Below are positions 39,357 through 53,100 of a DNA stretch of 64,000 bases, in pieces. The stretch is from Paraspadella gotoi (Eukaryota > Animalia > Chaetognatha): positions 22,369,808 to 22,433,807 of the forward strand of contig CM119269.1 of assembly GCA_051294375.1 (NCBI GenBank), read 5' to 3'. The notes beneath the pieces are model-generated. The model was not told the origin of the DNA. It did not search any database and saw only the letters and a program-made list of their open reading frames with translations. The position numbers were made by a program, and so were the translations under genes. Position 1 is the first letter of the stretch. Each line of letters begins with the position of its first letter.

Positions 39357-39804
39357 CAATTAATTTCTTTTCACTATAGCGTCACATGTTGAGAGAAAAG
39401 TATGAAGTTGGTACAACCAAAATAAAGATTATCCATTCATTCGATAATTAATCTGTGATTGGGTTGGGGACTCCATCCCTCTTAATAGATAATAACACAG
39501 AAGGACTCATTTTCATCAAAACTCTCACACAGTCTACTTTATTTACTGACATACATCGTGTCTGTCTTCCCTATCAATGTTTCAAAGAATGTTTCAATTG
39601 TATAAATACTGATTTGCAAATGACAGCGTATTTCTACCGGCGCTTGTAAAATTGTCACCATGTAACTACAATTCTTAGAATATAGGAAACAAAATTATAT
39701 TTATTAAATTTTCGAAAATATTGGGGTAAAGAGAAAAAAATAAATGGGTAAAACAAAAGGCCCCTCGGATTCTTGGATTCGCCATTCGCGTTTCATGTAG
39801 CAGA

Positions 39805-39849
<45 letters not shown>

Positions 39850-40338
39850 TGGCTGGAAATTCGATCCTTCATAATTCACTTTCAATCCTGACTCCGTCCT
39901 TCCAACGCAACACTTTACTCTTTACACTTTTTAGCCCTCATGTTTTTACTCTTATTGTCAAATCAAACATTTGATGATTTCTTTAAAAAAAATACTCTTT
40001 ACCTCAAAATAGACTTTTCGTCCGGGGATATGACGTCAAAGCCTCTAGGTCATTTGATTGCTCTCCTGATCAAAATCATCGGAGTGTCGTTTCGATAACG
40101 GTTTAAACTGAATCATTATATATATATAATTATAATTATATATAAATGATATCTTTGAAACCATTTCTCCTCAGTTTAACATGTTTTAACATCAATATCC
40201 ACGCTTAAAAGGAAACCTCTTGTTCCTTGTTACTCTTTAATGTTTCCGTTTTCAAAGACGTCTTATTCAGAGAAGTTTACGACTGTAATGGCGTCTTCTC
40301 TATAGATGTTTCCATCTGCGTAACGGTCTCCTCTATAG

Positions 40339-43300
40339 ATGTTTCCATCTGCTAAGCGGGCGCGATTGGAGATGGACGACGATTGGGACGACGACGACGA
40401 CGCCTTCTCCCAAGCCGTCATTGAAAAGTCAGGCTTAAATATATTAATTATTAAATCTAAAAAATATATAAATAATCATATGATAAATAATATATTCAAC
40501 GCTCATGGTTTGAGTCCTGCTACTATAATATTATAATGAATAGTATAAATAGTTTGATTCCTGTCTCTTATGAATGGTTGGTTAAACTAGATGCGACGAG
40601 TTGTGCTCCCAATCGAGTCTCAACGCCCCCGCCGCCATTCACCGCTCAGCCGACGAAGATGACGCCTTCTTTCGCCGACCGGCGCTACCGATAAACGGCG
40701 CCGCGGCGTCGGCGGTCTTCAACGGCGCCGGCGACAATGAGCGCCGCCTGGAGCGAGAGTTGCGTTCTTGCCGAGAGAGACTGGAGAGAGAGGAGAGTGA
40801 GAAGACGTTGGCGATGGGACAGGTGGAGTCTGGGTGGGGAGTCGAAAAAGGGGGGGTGGTCAGGAGATGGGGGCGGGGGTTCAGATGGGAAATGGGGAGT
40901 GGTGTGCAGATGTTAAATGGGGGTGTGGGCGGTGGGGTGCAGATGGGAAATAGTGGGTGGGGCGGGTTTAAATGGTGAGGGATGGCAATCGCCTCGCTCT
41001 TGTTTCAGTTTCATTCATTCATTCATAAAAACGAAAGAAAATAATCGCTTTTCTTGGCAAAAATATCGTTTCAACCTCAGCAAATTTGACCTTTGAATCG
41101 TTATAGATTATAGAAGGAACCTCGTACTTATCGGTTAACAAGAGATCGAAGGAGAAGACGAGGCAATTTTTTTTTTTTCAACCGTCCACTGACCACAGAG
41201 CGAGAGTGAGACTCCTTTACATTCTCAAAACTCTCTCTCCCCCAATTCAGGTCTCCAACCTTCGCATTGCCCAAGAGAATCACAACAAGGATTTATCTTC
41301 ACTTCGCGCCTCGATGGAGAAACGACACGATGAGGCCTTGGCGGCCGAGAGAGGGCGGGCCGAGGAGACGAGGAAAGCTTTGGAGCAGATGCAGGTGGGG
41401 CGGGTTCCGCAGATGCATGTTCAACTTTTAAAAATTTTCAACTTTCCCAATTTTTAACTTTCCCCAAAATCCCTGCTTCGTTTTCCTCCATATTTCCACT
41501 CCTTTCCTCTCGTTTCTTCTTTTCCTACCTCTCTTCCTACCTCTCTTCCTACCTCTCTTCCTACCTCTCTTCGCCCCCGTACCTTTTCTATTTTCACCTT
41601 TCCCTCCCTCCCCTTCCGACCCCCACCTATTCTATCTCCCCTGTCCCACCCCCCGCTCTCCCTCTTCCATTTCCCCGGAAGAAAGAACGTGACCGTCTCC
41701 AGACTCAATTGGCCTTCAAGACGCGCGAGGCGAACGAGTCGCTCGAACAGCGCGCCGATTTGAAGCGCCTCTTGGACGAGAGGGAAAAGGCGGCGTCGTG
41801 CGGGAGTTGCGTCTCGCCCAACCCGAAGGCGGGTCAGTTTTTAATTGTTTTATTATTGATTGACGGGAAATTGGCACTACCAATGCATGTAAAAAATATC
41901 CATGCAGTCATGCAATAAATTAGCTATCTTTGGACACTGGTGGTTGGTTACTGTCTGCATACCTCTTACAGGATAATAACATTCTCGGACCCTGCATGCA
42001 TTCAAACAAATGTAATATTCAATAAAATGAAATATTCACACGGTGGTTGGTTACTGTCTGCATACCTCTTACAGAATAATAACATTCAATCAAATCTAAT
42101 ATTCATCTTGTTTTTTTGATTTATAAAAAAATACATAATGATATGAAACTCACAATAATAATGAAATACAAAACAATACAAAATGCAAATGAGATTTAGG
42201 AAATTTAATTTAATCTTCTACACAAATATATGTATATTTTTATAAAAGCAATGGTTGAGAGTGTTCATTAATGTGATGACGGAAGGCCTCTGTCCCCTTT
42301 CTTCCTTCCTCTCCAGCTCCCCGCGGTCCTTCCCCCAAACGTCCCCGCGCCTCCGCTCCGCGGGAAGACCCTTCCCTCCGACCCAAGGACGAACACGGGT
42401 TTCCTCTCTCGCAGGCGGCCTTCGGGGCCATGCCCGCCGCCGGCCCCATGCCCAGGCGGCCGCCGATGAAGGAAGCGGCTGTTCAGACGGCCGGGGCTGC
42501 GGGATCGAGGCGATTGGGGAGAAGGGCCAAGGCTAATTTGAGGTGTTTTAAAGTAATAAATGATAAATTTAATTTAGTAATAACATTATGAAATTGGTAC
42601 AACCAATATAAAAATTATCCATTCATTTAATAAATAAGCTATCTTGCCACTGACTTTGGACAGGCTTTGATGGTTTAAGGCCTCCATCATTCTTACAAGA
42701 TCAATGAATCAATGAATATCAATGAATAAATAATAATTTGAACTGCTTAAATAAAAAAATTACAGGATTGTCTATAGCCTTTTGTTTATCGATAGTCGGC
42801 GTTCGACATCTTTCGACGGTTCGCGATGCGCGGACCACGTATTGGCGACGCTGGAGGCCGGAGTGAGGTCGTCGGTCGACGGCTCCGGATCGACGCGCGA
42901 TTCCGGGTGAGCGGGAAAAAAAAGCCGTATGTCGCCCACGAATTCGAACATCGGGAGAGAAAAATCTTTATTAAAAATTGTTTAAAATTTATTCGTGTTT
43001 GATATTTTGACTTGCGCAATTGCCATAAAAAAATTAAATTAGGTTTAAGTATAGAAAGTGCAAAATTTCGAGGACTCCTGTGTTCATCAAGGGCGAAAGA
43101 ACCTACCTAATATTTATTACTGTGAATCATTTAACATCTCCTCAACTTAAACAATATTTAAATCTTCAGCGATTTTCTCGTCGGATTCGTTGAGGGAATC
43201 CGCGAGATGATTCGAGCCGCAAATCTCAGTCGCTGCCACGAATCTGAAGGTATTTTTATTTAATTCGAATTCAGTATTTTGTTTGTAAGTTTGTATTGTT

Positions 43301-45706
43301 TTTACATGATCAGCTTCTCTCTACGTGGGCCTTTCTCTTCTCGCCCGCTCCTCGGAGCCAGTGGCCAACTTGGCGCGAGAGTTGCAGCTGCGGACGTCCG
43401 CCGCGACTCCGCCGCGTCCGCTGCCCCCCGGTCGCGCCGCCCCGATGACGCCGCCGGATCGCGCTCTTATCCCGCGAGCGCCGATCGACCTCCCTCTGCT
43501 GCGGCGAGCGGCGACCGGTCTGCGCTGCGTGGGCGTCCTACTGCGACACTGTCCCGTTATCGTCAGGGATCAACTGTTGACGGAAGCGGAAGAGAAGGGG
43601 GAAGAGGAGCAGCGGGGGAAGAGGAAGGGGGAGAGGTGAGAAGTCTAGGGGTTTATATTGCTACCTAAATTTAAGATTATGAAGCTCATGAATTACGTAT
43701 TATTATTTATTAATTATATAATGTTTCATAATCCTCAGTACTCCCTCTGCCTTTCTGTTTTACTCAATGTTTATTTCCATGACTAAAACTGAACATAAAA
43801 GAGACATAACTTATCTTTATTAATATAATTAAATTAATTAATATTTATTCTATATAAAATTCAATACTTTGAGCTAGGACAATTTCTATCAGCAATTAAG
43901 TTCTATTCTTACATCGCCTCCCCCCTCCCTCCAATCAGTCCTTCCTCCCTCCTCCTCTCCTCCCTCTCCTCTATCCTCTCTTCTTCCTCCTTCCCTCCTT
44001 CTCTCCTCCCTTCTTTCCTCCTCGACATCTTCCTCTTCCTCTCCTCCCTCTCCCTCGCTTGCTTCGACTCTCGCGCCGTCGCCGCGCTCCTCTCTCCCTT
44101 TCTGACTCCCACCGCGGCGCCGAGCCCTCTACCGACGGCACCGAGCCCTCTACAGACGGCGCTGCAGGCGGCGCTGGGTCTTTCCTGCGCCGCGTTGGGC
44201 GTGGCCTCGCGACGGCGTCTCGCGGAGACGATCGTCGAGTGTCTCAACTTTGTCGCCGTCGTCGTCGGCGGCGGAGTTTACCACAGATTCTGCGGGTGAA
44301 TTAGGGAGCGTCGACTCGGTTTTACAGATAGGGATTCATCAGATGGGTTTTACAGACGGATTTTTTTTCTTTTTCCTTGACACCCCTCCCCGCCCTCTCA
44401 GAGAATCGGAGGACTGTTTCTTTCTCTTCTGCTTCCGCGCGCCGTCATTGCTTCGTTCGACCGGGAGAGAAGATAATTCGTCGCCGAGGAAAAACGCCGA
44501 CTCAGGTTCCATCAAAATACAAGGACTCCTGACTGACTCCTGACTCCTGACTGATTGACTCCTGACTGATTGACTCCTGACTGACTCCTGACTGATTGAC
44601 TCCTGATTGACTCTGACTGATTGACTCCTGACTGATGATCCTGACTGATTGACTCCTGACTGATTGACTCCTGACTGACTCCTGACTGATTGACTCCTGA
44701 TTGACTCCTGACTGATTGACTCCTGACTGATTGACTCCTGACTGATTGACTCCTGACTGATTGACTCCTGACTGATTGACTCCTGACTGATTGACTCCTG
44801 ACTGATTGACTCCTGACTGATTGACTCCTGACTGATTGACTCCTGACTGATTGACTCCTGACTGACTCCTGACTGATTGACTCCTGACTGATTGACTCCT
44901 GACTGATTGACTCCTGACTGATTGACTCCTGACTGATTGACTCCTGACTGATTGACTCCTGACTGATTGACTCCTGACTGATTGACTCCTGACTGATTGA
45001 CTCCTGACTGATTGACTCCTGACTGATTGACTCCTGACTGATTGACTCCTGACTGATTGACTCCTGACTGATTGACTCCTGACTGATTGACTCCTGACTG
45101 ATTGACTCCTGACTGATTGACTCCTGACTGATTGACTCCTGACTGATTGACTCCTGACTGATTGACTCCTGACTGATTGACTCCTGACTGATTGACTCCT
45201 GACTGATTGACTCCTGACTGATTGACTCCTGACTGATTGACTCCTGACTGATTGACTCCTGACTGATTGACTCCTGACTGATTGACTCCTGACTGATTGA
45301 CTCCTGACTGATTGACTCCTGACTGATTGACTCCTGACTGATTGACTCCTGACTGATTGACTCCTGACTGATTGACTCCCGACTGACTCCTGACTGTTAT
45401 GAAATTAGTACAACCCGAAAGAAAAGCGATGTGGCCTCTCACTTTGGACGGGGTATGGTTGCCCCTTCTCGGTTATCTAACAAGAAAATAACTTGCTTCT
45501 TCTTCTCTTTTTAATCTCTTTTCTAATCTTTTCTAATCTCATCTCCACAGAAGCCCTCGACCGCCTCTTCATCGCCGACGCCCTCTTCAGCATCGGATTC
45601 GCCCTCATGACCCCTTTTCCCCGGAAGCTTCCGTCGTCCGGCCGGACGACCGACTGCGCTAAAGGTTAGAGGATGAGTAAATTACGGGAGGCCATCTCGT
45701 TTTTGA

Positions 45707-45763
<57 letters not shown>

Positions 45764-46469
45764 GGATCGAAGAGAATCGGGTCGGGTTCTTCCACCCTGA
45801 CCGCGCATACGGACGAGTCTCGAATAATCGACGGTAGGTTTCAGGCATTTAAATAAAATAGACCGTCCCCTTTTCTTAGAAATCCTCCCGTCCGCTCTCT
45901 TTTTTTCTAGCCCCTATGCCTCCTCGCCTGGCGGAGAGAAAATGCGCCTGTCTGCGCCTGTACGCGGAATCGGTCGTCGCCTGCGTCGCTGACTCCGTCT
46001 CCCTCGTCGACGCCTTCGAGGATCCCAGACGTCATCGGGAGAAGGAAGAGGATGATGAGCGATCGATCCGAGCTTTGCGTATCGCTCTCAAGGTGACGCC
46101 GCTAGTTCGATCTTCTAAAGTGTCGCCAACCAACGAATAAAAGGACATCGGGCGTTGACGGTCAAATTCTTTTTCTCAGGGACTCCGACTTCTCAAGATG
46201 CTGGAGGTGCAGTCGTCTCTTCCCGTGGATTCGCGGCGTCTACAAGCTTTCGTCGCTCAATTTGGGCCAATCCTTCAAGGTTCGGTCGAGGATTGTGCGC
46301 TGCGCTGATATCCATCCATTCTCAATCATTCATCAATCATTCATCAATCATTATTCCTTCAGCCCGACGATCGCTTCTCTCTCTCTCATCTTTGGAATTT
46401 CTTCGCGACTCGGACAAGAAAAGAACTCGAGACGATTACGACGACGAAAAAGTCGTTCTCGTTGAGTGA
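40339..46469 (+). CDS. ATRIP: ATR-interacting protein (ATRIP)-like
   Basis: Acidic N-terminus (DDDWDDDDDAFSQAVIEK/CDELCSQ), coiled coil GQ/VSNLR...LEQMQ/TQLAFKTREANE (recalls ATRIP GEIKILR...SELQFKDAEMNE), then leucine-rich helical exons and a C-terminal CAC...ALKGLRLL. About 15 phase-consistent GT-AG exons end at TGA 46469. The assignment rests on recalled motif similarity. Confidence 0.7.
44524..45395. repeat. 15-bp minisatellite (GACTCCTGACTGATT)n in an ATRIP-like intron
   Basis: About 870 bp of near-perfect copies, with 11-bp variants at the 5' end. It lies between the donor at ~44506 and the acceptor at ~45550. Confidence 0.97.
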
Positions 46470-47189
46470 CGACCACTTTGGAATTTCCGACGCTACGGCT
46501 TTTGGATTACCCCCCCCCTTCCCCCAAACACCTCAGTTGCCTGACCCCAACAACTTCCTTTCCTCCAGCTGGGATGGTCTAAGATGATTCTCTTGATGGA
46601 CCACACCGAACTGGACTTCTCGATGTGGAGAGCGACTGTGATGAACTTAGTTATTAAGTCATCGCCGAGCGAAATAAAAGGGACCCGTGGCTTTGGAGAA
46701 ATTTCGATCGAATTGCAGAAAAAAAACTCGATAAAAACTGAAATTGTTTTAGAAAATGATTTTGGATAATTGGATAGGTTTAGTTTCGATCGTCCCAATC
46801 TGTTGTCGATAGAAAACAGCGAAAAATATAAAAATTAATGCAGCTTTAAGTGCTCGGTAAGAAATAATAATAAGTGCTCAGTATTCAGTAAGAAATAATA
46901 ATAAAACAATTTTACATTGCCCAAAAATGTTTAAAACATCGGTATGTAAGGGTTTAAATGTTAAACGTGATTTATCATTAAGAAACGATTGTTGTTGTTA
47001 TTGTTATGTTTATTGATTATTCTTCCATGAAAAAAGTCGGATCTACGACGACGAATCCCCCCTTCCTTCGTTTCTAAATATGTCTCCCTCTCTCTCGGGA
47101 GAATTGAGAAAATAAAAATAAAATATAAAGAAACTGGTAAAAATTAAAATAAGAATATAAGGACTAAGAAAAGTTAAAGAAAAAAGAAA

Positions 47190-50100
47190 ATGGAGGAGGC
47201 GATTCCGATGGCCGAGGATTCGGAGGAAGACTCGGACAACTTCGAGGACGGACGCGAAGTCCTCGACGATGACGACCTGACGATGCAGGACGCCGCCGCC
47301 GCCGACGCCGCAGACTTTGCCGCCGCCGCCTTCGACTCTCCATTTTGGTCGCCGAATCTTCCCGTCGAGAAATTCGTGCATCAACAATGGAAGAAAATCG
47401 TGCCTGAGGTTAGAAATTGGACTGATTCGATGCTCGGTTGCTTTGCTAATTCAGAACTAATGGTTTCTGGATTCAAATGCTAAATGAGATCCTGTGGCGA
47501 ATCCTAAATTCGCCTCCCGTATAGCTTGGTAAAATTCAGCTCGTCCCATTGGCTTGGACAGCTCAGTACTAGTTCACCAACCATGAGTTCCGGGTTCAAT
47601 TCCCTCACGGTCACGCTGGTTAGTGTGATGGTGTTGGCATAAACACGCGAGTGACATGGGGTGGTTACTGCAGGTCCAAAGCCCTGAGCGCCTGCTGTTG
47701 GGAGATGCCTCAAACCCCAGGCATCCCAGATGTCCCCCCATTGCCATAAGTGGTGAGCCCTATTATCGAACACGCAACCGCTGCATACTGTCGTTCACGT
47801 CGTTGCTTAAGGGTATGCATCCCACGCCTATGCCCTATGCATAAACACGCCAGTGACATGGGGTGGTCACTGCAAGTCCAAAGCCCTGAGCGCCAGCTGC
47901 CGGGAGATGATTCACACCCTAGGCATCACACATGTCTCCCCGTTGCCATAATCCTTTGTATGTGACAATATTTCAAATGAGATCGAGTTCATATTGTACC
48001 ACTTTAGATTCTTTCTCATACCTTATTTTATTATTTTAACAATACATTCAATAGGGTGTAATATTTTAGTGTTCCAATCAATATTCAATTATTTCATTGT
48101 AGTTTTGCAATTGTAACTTTGCGAGCTTCTACTACTAGATCATGCCCAGCTAGGTGGGGCATCTCACCGGTTGGTGTTAAGGACTTCGCACCCTCCTATG
48201 GATTCAAATCCTAAATGAGATTAAAGGTCGTTTCCATATCGTAGTTGTGAATGATTTTCAGTTTGATGGCAACGGCCGGGATGCCGGTGATGCCCAGCTG
48301 GGTGGGGCATCTCTCTCGTTGGTTTTAGGAGCTTCGGACCTTCAGTGGTAACCCATGTCACTGTCGCGGTTATACCCGAAATATCCCGCTTCGCCAAGGT
48401 CGGGACAGCCCGACTTCAGTCGTTTAGGTCCGTGGATGGAACCTAAGGTTGGGATAGTAACTGAGCGAGGGAGCGCTCCCCTGCGGAGAAATTGGAATTG
48501 GCTGTGTGAAAAGAGTCTGAATGTGTCATGGATTTGTTTTAATGTTTTAATGCATTGGTGTTGTGAATTTAATGCTTAATAGTTTCTTTAAAATAATCAA
48601 CACATTAGGTTTTCCCCTTTACTCCGGAACTCGTCCTCTCCTCCTCCTCTTCCTCCTCTGTCGTCTCCACCGACGCCTACGAACGCCTCTTCAAACCTCT
48701 CGAGAGATTTATCTGCGACGAGGATCCCGCCACGGGATTTTCGAAGTTTAATAACGACGATCATCCCCCGGGTTCGTCTATCATTTCGTTATCACTTTTA
48801 TTTTAAATGAGTTTTAATTTATGAAAGTTGCAAAATTACTCGTTTCACTATCTTAAGGGTATGAGACCATTTTTTGTATTGTCAACCAATATTTTTGATA
48901 CTTATTGATGAAAAAAAGCCAAGGAAAAGAGAGGGATAGTCGGAGAAAAAGAGAAACGCACAGAGACAGAAACATCCACAGAGAGAGAGAGACAAAGAGG
49001 GAAGGTTTGAGTCAATAGAACAGAGATGAATTCCCCCCCCCAACTCTCCCCCTACACATCAATGGCCAATCACGTTTCCTCCCAGAGAGTTAAGGATCGG
49101 TTTCCACGTATCTCTTAATAATTAAACATCTCACAGGATGACTCTGGAGTCTGTAAATAAACTTTAATTTCAAACTTTGGTCTTGTATTTCGGACTTGAC
49201 CTCCCAGAACTCTGCGGCAAAGTGTTCAAAGATGGAGAAGCGACTTATTTGTGTCGCGACTGCGGAATGGACCCAACTTGCGTACTTTGCATCGACTGCT
49301 TCAACAGGAGCGCTCATAAGAAGCACAGGTCCTAACATAAAAATGTCTAGAGCTTCGTGTTATATGAAATCAGAACAACCAATGTAAAAATTAACCAGTC
49401 ATTTAATAAATAAGCTTGCTTGCCCCTAAGTTTCCGTAGGCTCGCTTCCCTAACAATGAAATGGTATAATGTTTCAAAGAATTATTAGATCATGAAATAC
49501 TATACCATACCATACTTGGCACTGTATTATTTAAAACTGTTATATTTAATTGTAATTAAATCTCGACAGATACCGAATGGCGACGTCCGGCGGCGGCGGT
49601 TACTGCGACTGCGGCGACACAGAGGCGTGGAAGAACGACGCCTTCTGCGATTATCACGCTCGAGGCCGCGGCGCCGCCTCCGAGGGAGACGAGGCTCACA
49701 GGGGCAAGCTTCCTCAAGGTCGGGTTGTGAGAAATCGTTAACATAGTTTAAACTTTGTGATGAGCGGAATGGAGCGTATAGAAATAAGAAATATGAGCGT
49801 ATGGAAATAAGATGTTATAAAATACTTAACCCCGATACTGGTTAATATAATTAATGTCACGTGATCCGAATTAAATAAAAACAATTAATTCAAATTAATA
49901 TTAAACGACGATCAATGATAATTAATTAAATTATTATTTATCGAGAAATATGCGGAAATAAATGTTAAACAGATCCAAATGTTTTAAAAGTTTGAGTCCA
50001 ACATTCGGTGTCTGAATTTCTATATCAAATATTTTTAGACGTGAGAAGTCGAGCGGACACGATCCTTTCTCTCTGCCTCGATTACTGTTACATCCTCATG

Positions 50101-53100
50101 TTCTGGGAAGGACTCGACAATCTTCCCGAAGCCTTTCAGCCAGAGACTCTCGACGACTCGTTCCTCGCGATGCTTTACAACGACGAGGTTCACACTTATA
50201 ATCACGTGACGGAGGCTCTTCAGGTGAGTCGATCCCGACTTAGTCGATGTTGTTGCGATTCGCGTCGAGATTCGACCCCGTCTGTCTCTTCCAAATTATT
50301 ATGTTGCAGAGAGTCGCTGCAATTTTAAAAAGCAAAGTATTATTCAAAGAAGATGAGATAAGAAGCTAGGAAAATGAAATTGACATTTAGGTTTTTACGA
50401 AGTTTTGATCGAATAAAAGCTGATGCAGTTAAAACCGTTCCCGATCGTCTTTTCTCTTTTCCAGCGCGCGTGCAATATCACGGAGAAACAGGCGACGGAG
50501 CACGCTGCGCGAGTCGACCGGGAGGGCCGCAGTCCGGTGCGCGTAGCGGGCAGAGAAGAATGCGACATAGTCAAGAAGGTTAGATTGAAAGACTGTGGTC
50601 TCTCTCTTTCCTGCCTTTCGAACGAACAACTTTCTAACCCAACTTAAATTTTTAGGAGATCCAACGTCGATCCGGCCACACCCTCCACGGTGCCCGTCAA
50701 CCCCTCAAAGTGGAGGTGTGCCACGTCCTCTTGGCCTCCCACCAATCCTTCGCCCTCGCCATCCTCGTCTGGCTGCGGGAGTTGTCGGCCAAAGCCGGCG
50801 CCGGACTTCGCGACCTCGTCTCTGAGATTCTCTTAAGACAACAAATCAGCGGACTCACGATCGTCGAGAGATTCATTCTCGGGGAGACCAAGGTGAATGG
50901 GGGCTTTAGTTGATGAGCGGGTTTCATTGTAAAGAGCTTTCCTCAATTCGGCTTGGATCGGCTTAAGTTATGTGAGGACGAATATAAAAAAAAAACCCGA
51001 AACTGGTTATTTTAATATAGTATACCGTCTGATATGAAATGAAAATGATTATTACAAATTATTATTAAACGAGGGTCAAATGATAATGTATCCTTTCCAG
51101 CTCTGGAAGGGAGTTCGCCACCAGCTGCATCAACTGCTGATGGCGACTGTGTTGATGGAGGCGAATCACAAGAAAGCCTTCAGCCTGATCTTCGCCAAGC
51201 ACTACTCGAGAATCCAACGCGACTTCGTGGAGGACGACCACGACCACAACCTCTCGGTGACGAGCCTTTCCGTCCAGATGTTGACGGTGCCGACTTTGGC
51301 CAAGATGCTCATCGCCGAGTCGGATCTCTTGTCCACCATCTTCCAGTTAGTATTTTTTTAATTTCTTAAAAGTTTATACCACAAATGTAGCAGAGTAACT
51401 TGAGGTTTGAAGAGACAGAAATAATTGTTTGTGACAGTCCCTGAGCTTCGGATCAGGGACTGTTACCGGCGGGTTAAGCGCCCCGTTCCTCTTAACTGCA
51501 AGGCGGCCACCGGGCTAGAACCCCGGACTTTTGGGTTCGGAGGCGAATGACTTTCCTCCTGCACCGGTTGGTGGATTTTAGTCCACCATAAGTTTATTAC
51601 AATTGAGATCGAGTTCTTCATTTACATATTGAACAATGTTAAAATTATTTCTCATATCTTTTGAATCGGTTATTAATTAGTTAGTAAAAGTAGAAAAAGT
51701 ATATAAATTTTTTTGTGAAAGTTAGTAAATGTTAAAGTAAAGTTTGGTAAAAGTAATAGTTAGCAAAAGTAAAAGATTGCAGCGATATGCTCTTGGCTTT
51801 TGGAATTTTAGAGATACTTTCACTTAGATTTAATAATGATTGTAACAATTTCTTTTCCGTTCCCCCCCCCCAATAAAAAACCCCAGAACCTTCTGGCGAG
51901 AGCTGACTCCCAAGATCAACAAAGATGGGATGCTGTCGTTCAGCCGACCGGGTCGCGGCGGGATCACCTCCGAACAGTTCAACCGTCGCTCCACTTTCGT
52001 CCTTCTCGATCCCAAGTACGTCCTCACAACTCCGCCCAATCCCGAAGAGTGGGAGAGTCCCAAGCTCAGGGCCAACTTCCTGCACGGCCTGGAGATCCTG
52101 CTGCAGATTCTAAGCTCTATGCAGGTATAAAGGGGTATCTAATATGTTTTTCGTGTTTCCCAACTTTATTCGTCCCATAATTAATTGTGGAAGCTCACGC
52201 TGCCGTCTGCCTAACTTGAGTCATTGTCATATATGTATTAAGTAATAATTAACCGAACACTGATTGTGTTAAATTAGTTGCGATACTCTTTAAGCTGCCC
52301 CTTTGGTCTGCAGTCGCCCATCGACCCGTTAGCGGGTCCGCAAGGTTTGCCCCCTAACGTAATGTTTAATATGATATAAGTGGAGATCTGGGAAAGGGCA
52401 GAGTGCTTCAGACCGACCCCGTAATCCTAGCCAAACTTTTAACATTAACATTTAATTATAATTCTTCTATCAACTTCTGAATTAGGGAATATATCAGTAG
52501 TACGTACATTTCATCATAAATCTTGTTTATTTTCTTGGATCATTCCCAGGGCATGGATCCCGTCAAAAGATTCACGGACCACCACATCGAGTACGAGCCC
52601 GAGTGGGATTCTGCCTTCAATCTGCAACTGAAGCTCCAAAACGTCGTCAACCACATCATCTCGTGGGCGGGGAGTTTCGAGGGCGAAGCCTCACTCCTCG
52701 TCAACGCTTTTCGAATTACGGTTCGGAAATTAAATCAAGTTTTTGAACTTTCCTTCGCCCTTACCCCTTACCCCTTACCTCGACTCGCGTTTTTTTCCCA
52801 GGTGGACGCGTTGTGTTACTGGAACGACAACTCCTCACTCACCCGCGTCCCAATCACTCTGGCCAAACACACTTTCCTCGCCATCGACTACGACGTCTCC
52901 AAGTCTCCAGTCTCCATTCATCTTCCTTTGACGAGACTCTTGGCGGGACTCTATCTGCATCTGGGAAAGTGAGTCCCGCATCTGTCGCTCTTTCTTTCCA
53001 TTTGAGGGTCATAATTATCATTTAGATTACTAAACGACTTATATAAACATTGTAAAACACAAAATAAATCTATGCATGTCATAGCATTTTAAATAATGAT

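Noticed and set aside
44524-45395. CRISPR-like array
   Set aside because: The units are contiguous with no unique spacers, and the context is eukaryotic.
44339-45442. 367-aa minus-strand ORF of QSGVN/ESISQ repeats
   Set aside because: It is a by-product of the stop-free strand of the 15-bp minisatellite inside an intron.
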